In this document: positions 56,587 to 61,360 of the stretch, one piece after another | Layout of the letters: each line of letters opens with the position of its first letter | How positions within the stretch are numbered: position 1 is the first letter of the stretch | Assembly (NCBI GenBank): GCA_016200205.1 | Contig: JACQFF010000088.1 | Location: 1 to 61,360 of the forward strand | DNA: 61,360 nt | Reading direction: 5' to 3' | Source: Planctomycetia bacterium | GTDB lineage: Bacteria; Planctomycetota; Planctomycetia; Pirellulales; PALSA-1355 | Notes under the pieces: generated by a model | Databases searched by the model: none | What the model was told of the DNA's origin: nothing | Seen by the model: the letters and a program-made list of their open reading frames with translations, nothing else | Program-made: the position numbers and the translations under genes

Positions 56587-59223
56587 ATGAACGCTCGACG
56601 ATTGAAGCTGATTCAAGATGTCTCCCTCTCCCTTTGGGAGAGGGTTGGGGTGAGGGCGACCGCAGAGAAAACACAACCCTCACCCTGCCCTCTCACGGAG
56701 GGAGAGGGGTTTGAAACAGCATCTAAACATGCTCACGCGAGCGTCGCCAGCGTGAGCAGGGCGCCCGAGTGCCCAAGGCGCTGGTCGCTCGCATGCTTGG
56801 TCCTCGTTTCATTGCTCTGGATCGTTTCGCCTCTCGATGCCGCCGTGCCGCAACTGGGCGGCATGACGCCCTACGGAGCGCAGCGCGGAACCGAAGTCGA
56901 AGTGCAATTCAATGGGGATCGCTTCGGCGACGCCCAGCAGATTCTGCTCTATGAGCCGGGCATTACCGTGACGCATCTGGAGCCGGCCGGGGCGAATGCC
57001 ATCAAGACCAGGCTTGCAATCGCCCCAGATTGCCGGCTGGGCTTGCATCAGGTTCGCGTTCGCACCGCCAGCGGCATCAGCAATCTGCGCACGTTCAGCG
57101 TGGGCGCTTTGCCGGAGATCAAAGAGACCGAACCCAACAACGATTTTGCACAGCCGCAAAAGATCGCCTTCGACACGACCGTCAATGGCGTGGTGGAAAA
57201 CGAAGACGTCGACTACTTCGCCATCGAGGCAAAAAAGGGCGAGCGGATCACGGCCGAAATCGAAGGTCTGCGGCTGGGCAATACGTTCTTCGATCCTTAC
57301 GTGGCGATCCTCGACACGAAGCGATTCGAGCTGGCTCGCTCGGACGACGCGCCATTGATACGGCAGGATTGCATCGCGTCGATCGTGGCTCCCGAGGACG
57401 GGACCTATATCGTGCAGGTTCGCGAAACCTCGTTTTCCGGCAATGGTTCCTGCATGTATCGGCTGTTCGTGGGCCGCTATCCTCGGCCCACTGCCGTGCT
57501 GCCTCTTGGTGGCAAGCCGGGCGAGAGTTTGGACGTGCAATGGTTGGGCGACGTGTTGGGCGCGAAAACCGAAAAGATCACGCTGCCCGCAACCATCCCC
57601 TCGACGTTCGGCATCTTCGCCCGCGACGAACGGGGCATTTCGCCTTCAGCCAATCCATTTCGCCTGACTGATCTGGCCAACGTGCTCGAAGTCGAGCCGA
57701 ACAACGCCTTCGCCGAAGCGACGGCGTGCGAAGCTCCGATCGCCATGAACGGCATCATCTCGCAGCCGGGGGATGTTGACTTTTTCAAATTCCCTGCGAA
57801 GAAAGGGCAGGTTTTCGATGTCCGCGTGTTGGCCCGCGCGTACGGCTCGCCGTTGGATTCGGTGCTCAACATCTACCGGATCGGTGGGGCCTCGGTCGTC
57901 GGCAACGACGACAGCGGCGGGCCCGATAGTTACCTGCGGTTCACCGTGCCGGAAGATGACACCTACGTGGTCGTCGTGCAGGATCACTTGAAGCAGGGGG
58001 GCGCCGATTACGTCTATCGGGTCGAGGTTGCACCAGTCAAACCGGTGCTCACGTTGGGACTCTCCGAGCGGAGCCAGTTCGTCGATATCGTGGCTCCCGT
58101 GCCGCGCGGCAATCGATTGGCCTTTTTGGTCAATGCCTTGCGTGCCGATTTCGGCGGCGATTTGAATTTGGAATTCAAAGACCTTCCGCCCGGCGTGACG
58201 GTGGAAACGCTGCCCATGCTCGCCAACCGCGGCGACGTGCCGGTATTATTGACGGCCGCGGCCGATGCCCCGCTGAATGGGGCTTTGGTCGACATCGTGG
58301 GACGCCATGCCGATCCGAATCAAAAAATCGAAGGCCACCTGCGGCAGCGGACCTCGCTCGTTCGCGGCCAAAACAATATCGAAGTCTGGAACCAGTATGC
58401 CGAACGGCTGGCCGCGGCGGTCACGCAGGAGGCACCGTTCAAAATCGAAATCGTGGAACCCAAGGTGCCGCTGGTGCGCGACGGAGCGATGAACCTGAAA
58501 GTCGTCGCCACGCGAAAGGAAGGTTTCAACGCGTCGATTGCAGTGCAGATGCTCTACAATCCGCCGGGTGTCGGTTCATCCGGGTCGATCGTGATCCCCG
58601 AGGGCAAGACCGAAGCAATTATTCCGCTCACGGCCAATAGCGGCGCGGAAGTGTTGAAGTGGAAAATCGCCGTTTTGGGCGACGCCACCGTGGGCGACGG
58701 CCCGATCACCGTCTCGTCGCAATTGGCCACGCTCGAGGTCTCGGAACCGTTTTTGGCCTTCAATTTTCAAGCCGCGGCAACCGAGCAGGGGCAGGCCACC
58801 GAAGTCGTCATCAAGGTCGAAAAGCGGAAGGACTTTGACGGCCCGGCCAAAATCGAATTGCTGGGGCTGCCGAACGAAGTCACCACCGAGCCGCGCGAGA
58901 TTACCAAAGCATCGACCGAGCTCGTCTTTCCGGTGAAGACCACCGCCAATTCGCCGGCCGGCCGGCATAAAACCGTGATTTGCCGAGCGGTGATCACCGC
59001 CAATGGCGAACCGATTACCCACACGCTCGGCACCGGCGAGCTGCGGATCGACACGCCGCTGCCGCCCAAACCGAATCAGCCGCCCGCGGCCGCCCCGGCC
59101 CCGATGCCGGTAGCGGCCGCTCCCATGCCGCCGGCCGAAAAGCGCTTAACCCGGCTGGAAAAACTACGCCTGGATCGCCAACAAGCCAAAGCCGCCGCCA
59201 AACCCGTACCGGAGGCGAAATAA
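56587..59223 (+). CDS. Secreted PPC-domain protein of the DUF1501/DUF1549 cluster
   Basis: PYGAQRGT, two EPNN...DVD(Y/F)F PPC repeats; GAGG RBS before ATG 56587; repeat elements lie in the first ~60 codons. Confidence 0.85.
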   Translation: MNARRLKLIQDVSLSLWERVGVRATAEKTQPSPCPLTEGEGFETASKHAHASVASVSRAPECPRRWSLACLVLVSLLWIVSPLDAAVPQLGGMTPYGAQRGTEVEVQFNGDRFGDAQQILLYEPGITVTHLEPAGANAIKTRLAIAPDCRLGLHQVRVRTASGISNLRTFSVGALPEIKETEPNNDFAQPQKIAFDTTVNGVVENEDVDYFAIEAKKGERITAEIEGLRLGNTFFDPYVAILDTKRFELARSDDAPLIRQDCIASIVAPEDGTYIVQVRETSFSGNGSCMYRLFVGRYPRPTAVLPLGGKPGESLDVQWLGDVLGAKTEKITLPATIPSTFGIFARDERGISPSANPFRLTDLANVLEVEPNNAFAEATACEAPIAMNGIISQPGDVDFFKFPAKKGQVFDVRVLARAYGSPLDSVLNIYRIGGASVVGNDDSGGPDSYLRFTVPEDDTYVVVVQDHLKQGGADYVYRVEVAPVKPVLTLGLSERSQFVDIVAPVPRGNRLAFLVNALRADFGGDLNLEFKDLPPGVTVETLPMLANRGDVPVLLTAAADAPLNGALVDIVGRHADPNQKIEGHLRQRTSLVRGQNNIEVWNQYAERLAAAVTQEAPFKIEIVEPKVPLVRDGAMNLKVVATRKEGFNASIAVQMLYNPPGVGSSGSIVIPEGKTEAIIPLTANSGAEVLKWKIAVLGDATVGDGPITVSSQLATLEVSEPFLAFNFQAAATEQGQATEVVIKVEKRKDFDGPAKIELLGLPNEVTTEPREITKASTELVFPVKTTANSPAGRHKTVICRAVITANGEPITHTLGTGELRIDTPLPPKPNQPPAAAPAPMPVAAAPMPPAEKRLTRLEKLRLDRQQAKAAAKPVPEAK
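56603..56725. mobile_element. MITE/REP-like element, copy 2 (inverted relative to copy 1)
   Basis: AAGCTGATTCAA ... TTTGAAACAGCATCTA ends with CCCTCTCCC/GGGAGAGGG hairpins. Confidence 0.75.
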
Positions 59224-61360
59224 TGCGACCGTTTTTTAATTTGCTCTGCTTGATGCTGTCAGCCGGCATGGCTTCGGCTGCCGAACCAGCGGCGCTAAAA
59301 CTCGAGGCCTTTCCGCCCGACTTGCAACTGACTACCAATCGCGACCGACAGACGTTCATCGTCGTCGTGACGCGGCCCGACGGCGTGACCCAGGACGTGA
59401 CTGCGGCGGCGAAAGCAACACTGGCCAATCCGGCTTTAGCGCGGATCGATGGTCACACGCTCTTTCCGACCGCCGACGGCGCGACGACGCTCGCGCTGGA
59501 ATATCAAGGCCAAACCGTAAGCCTGCCGGTCACTGTCAAGGACGCCACGGTCGAGCGGCCGACCAGTTTCAAGCTCGACGTGATGCCGGTCTTCATGCGT
59601 TCCGGCTGCAACACCGGCAGTTGCCACGGAGCGGCGCGCGGCAAGGATGGATTCAACCTGTCGCTGTTCGGCTACGATCCCGACGGCGACCATCATCGGC
59701 TGACGCACGAAATTGGCTTCCGCCGCGTGAACCTGGCCCTGCCGCGCGAAAGCTTGATGTTGCAAAAGTGCGACGGCAGCGTACCTCATACGGGCGGCAA
59801 GCGGTTCGCCAACGACAGCGAGTACTATCAAACCATTTTGCGCTGGCTCGAGGCTGGCGTGCCGAAGGACGCGCCCGACGTGCCGACCGTGGTGGGTTTG
59901 GAGCTTTATCCGCCCAAGGCCGTGCTCGAGGGCAAAGACACCACGCAACAGTTCATCGCCCGCGCCAAGTACTCCGACGGCACGGACCGCGACGTGACGA
60001 ACCTGGCGCTCTTTCTGACGAACAACGACAATTCGGCGCCGATCAGTCCCGATGGCCTGGTCACGGCGGCGGCTCGCGGCGAAGCCTTCATCATGTCCCG
60101 CTTTGCCACGTGCAACGTCGGCAGCCAGGTGCTCGTCCTGCCGAAAGATCTCCAATACACGCCGCCCACCAATCCGCCGGTCAATTACGTCGACGAGTTG
60201 GTCGATGCCAAGTTGCGCCGGATCCGCGTGTTGCCGAGCGACATTTGCAGCGATGAAATCTTTCTGCGTCGGGCCACGATCGACATTACGGGCCTGCTGC
60301 CCACGATCGAAGAGTATCAGGCCTTCGTGGCCGACGCCGATCCGGCCAAGCGGGCCAAGCTGGTCGATAGGCTGCTGGAGCGCAAGGAGTTTTCAGAGAT
60401 TTGGGCGCTGAAGTGGGCCAACCTGCTGATGGTCAAAAGCAGCAACCAGGTCAGCTACAAGTCGATGTTCTTGTATTCCAATTGGCTGACCAACCAGATC
60501 TCGAGCAACGTGCCGCTGAACCAGATGGTGCAGAACCTACTCAGCGCCAGCGGCGGCACGTTCAAAAACCCCGCCACTAACTATTATCAGATCGAAAGCG
60601 ACACGCTGAAGACGGCCGAGAACGTGGCCCAGGTCTTCATGGGCATTCGCACTCAATGCTCCCAATGCCACAACCACCCGTTCGATCGCTGGACGATGGA
60701 TGACTACTACAGTTTCGCCGCCTTCTTTTCCCAGATCGGCCGCAAACAGGGTGAGGATTATCGCGAAACGATCATCTTCAATTCCGGCGGAGGCGAGGTG
60801 AACCATCCGGTGGGCGGCAGAAGAATGGCGCCCAAGTATCTCGGCGGCGCCACGCCGAATGTCGATGGCAAGGATCGCCGGGTGGAACTGGTCAAATGGC
60901 TGGCCTCGCCCGAGAATCCCTATTTCGCGACCAGCGTGGCCAATCGCGTGTGGGCCCATTTTTTCGGCCTGGGCATCGTCGAACCGATCGACGACATTCG
61001 CGTCAGCAATCCGGCCAGCAACCCCGAACTGTTTCAGGTCTTGGGCGACAAGCTGACCTCGTACAATTACGACTTCAAACAGTTGGTCCGCGATATTTGC
61101 AATTCGCACGCCTATCAGCGCTCCTCCCAGGCCAACGCCAGCAATGAAGAAGACGCGAAAAACTTTTCGCACAGCCGCATTCGCCGCATTCCGGCCGAAA
61201 GTTTGCTGGATTGCTTGAGCCAGGTCACGGAAGTTCAGGAGAAGTTCCAAGGGCTGCCGTTGGGCGCGCGGGCCGTGCAAATCGCGGACGGTCAGACGAG
61301 CAACTACTTTCTGACTTCCTTCGGCCGCTCGCCGCGCACGACCGTCTGCGCGGCGGAAGC
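59223..61360 (+). CDS. DUF1549/DUF1553 (PSD1) protein with Ig-like domains; runs off the window end
   Basis: TAATG overlap; translated by hand: signal peptide MRPFFNLLCL..., GCNTGSCHGAARGKDGF, FLRRATID, QCSQCHNHPFDRW, NRVW; missing from the ORF track because no stop falls in the window. Confidence 0.9.
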   Translation, partial: MRPFFNLLCLMLSAGMASAAEPAALKLEAFPPDLQLTTNRDRQTFIVVVTRPDGVTQDVTAAAKATLANPALARIDGHTLFPTADGATTLALEYQGQTVSLPVTVKDATVERPTSFKLDVMPVFMRSGCNTGSCHGAARGKDGFNLSLFGYDPDGDHHRLTHEIGFRRVNLALPRESLMLQKCDGSVPHTGGKRFANDSEYYQTILRWLEAGVPKDAPDVPTVVGLELYPPKAVLEGKDTTQQFIARAKYSDGTDRDVTNLALFLTNNDNSAPISPDGLVTAAARGEAFIMSRFATCNVGSQVLVLPKDLQYTPPTNPPVNYVDELVDAKLRRIRVLPSDICSDEIFLRRATIDITGLLPTIEEYQAFVADADPAKRAKLVDRLLERKEFSEIWALKWANLLMVKSSNQVSYKSMFLYSNWLTNQISSNVPLNQMVQNLLSASGGTFKNPATNYYQIESDTLKTAENVAQVFMGIRTQCSQCHNHPFDRWTMDDYYSFAAFFSQIGRKQGEDYRETIIFNSGGGEVNHPVGGRRMAPKYLGGATPNVDGKDRRVELVKWLASPENPYFATSVANRVWAHFFGLGIVEPIDDIRVSNPASNPELFQVLGDKLTSYNYDFKQLVRDICNSHAYQRSSQANASNEEDAKNFSHSRIRRIPAESLLDCLSQVTEVQEKFQGLPLGARAVQIADGQTSNYFLTSFGRSPRTTVCAAE

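Noticed and set aside
1-61360. CRISPR array, tRNA, rRNA, transposase or prophage
   Set aside because: No regularly spaced direct repeats, RNA gene signatures or mobile-element ORFs were seen by eye

Overview
GC-rich DNA, almost certainly from a planctomycete (Pirellulales-like), judged from DUF1501, DUF1549/DUF1553, DUF1559 and PPC-domain genes and typical intergenic palindromic repeats. Positions ~951-41940 are one run of 36 co-oriented + strand genes headed by a NusG/RfaH/UpxY-type antiterminator and encoding a Wzx/Wzy-type surface glycan. The run contains a nonulosonic-acid pathway (neuB/neuC/neuA), a PglF-like dehydratase, a DegT aminotransferase, an initiating phosphoglycosyl transferase and several glycosyltransferases. 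It also has many tailoring modules: AsnB amidotransferase, LtaS-like phosphotransferase, BcbE/F/G-like triad, two carbamoyltransferases, GNAT-like/FkbH/ACP/VOC, SGNH/MBOAT/FAAL/ACP, two methyltransferases and a deacetylase. The most striking observation is that the small SxtK/DUF5989 membrane peptide beside the second carbamoyltransferase ends in FIYTLF. This has the same pattern as the DltX acyl-shuttle motif (FIYNEF) and the FIYFQF tail of the MBOAT in this cluster, suggesting an MBOAT-independent relay carrying carbamoyl groups across the membrane to an SGNH transferase (hypothesis). The rest of the window holds csrA, nucleotide-sugar enzymes, tadA, planctomycete secreted-protein families and several MITE/REP-like repeats, two apparently inserted in-frame into signal-peptide regions. 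No rRNA, tRNA, CRISPR array or transposase was seen. All family calls come from motif recognition by eye, not database searches.
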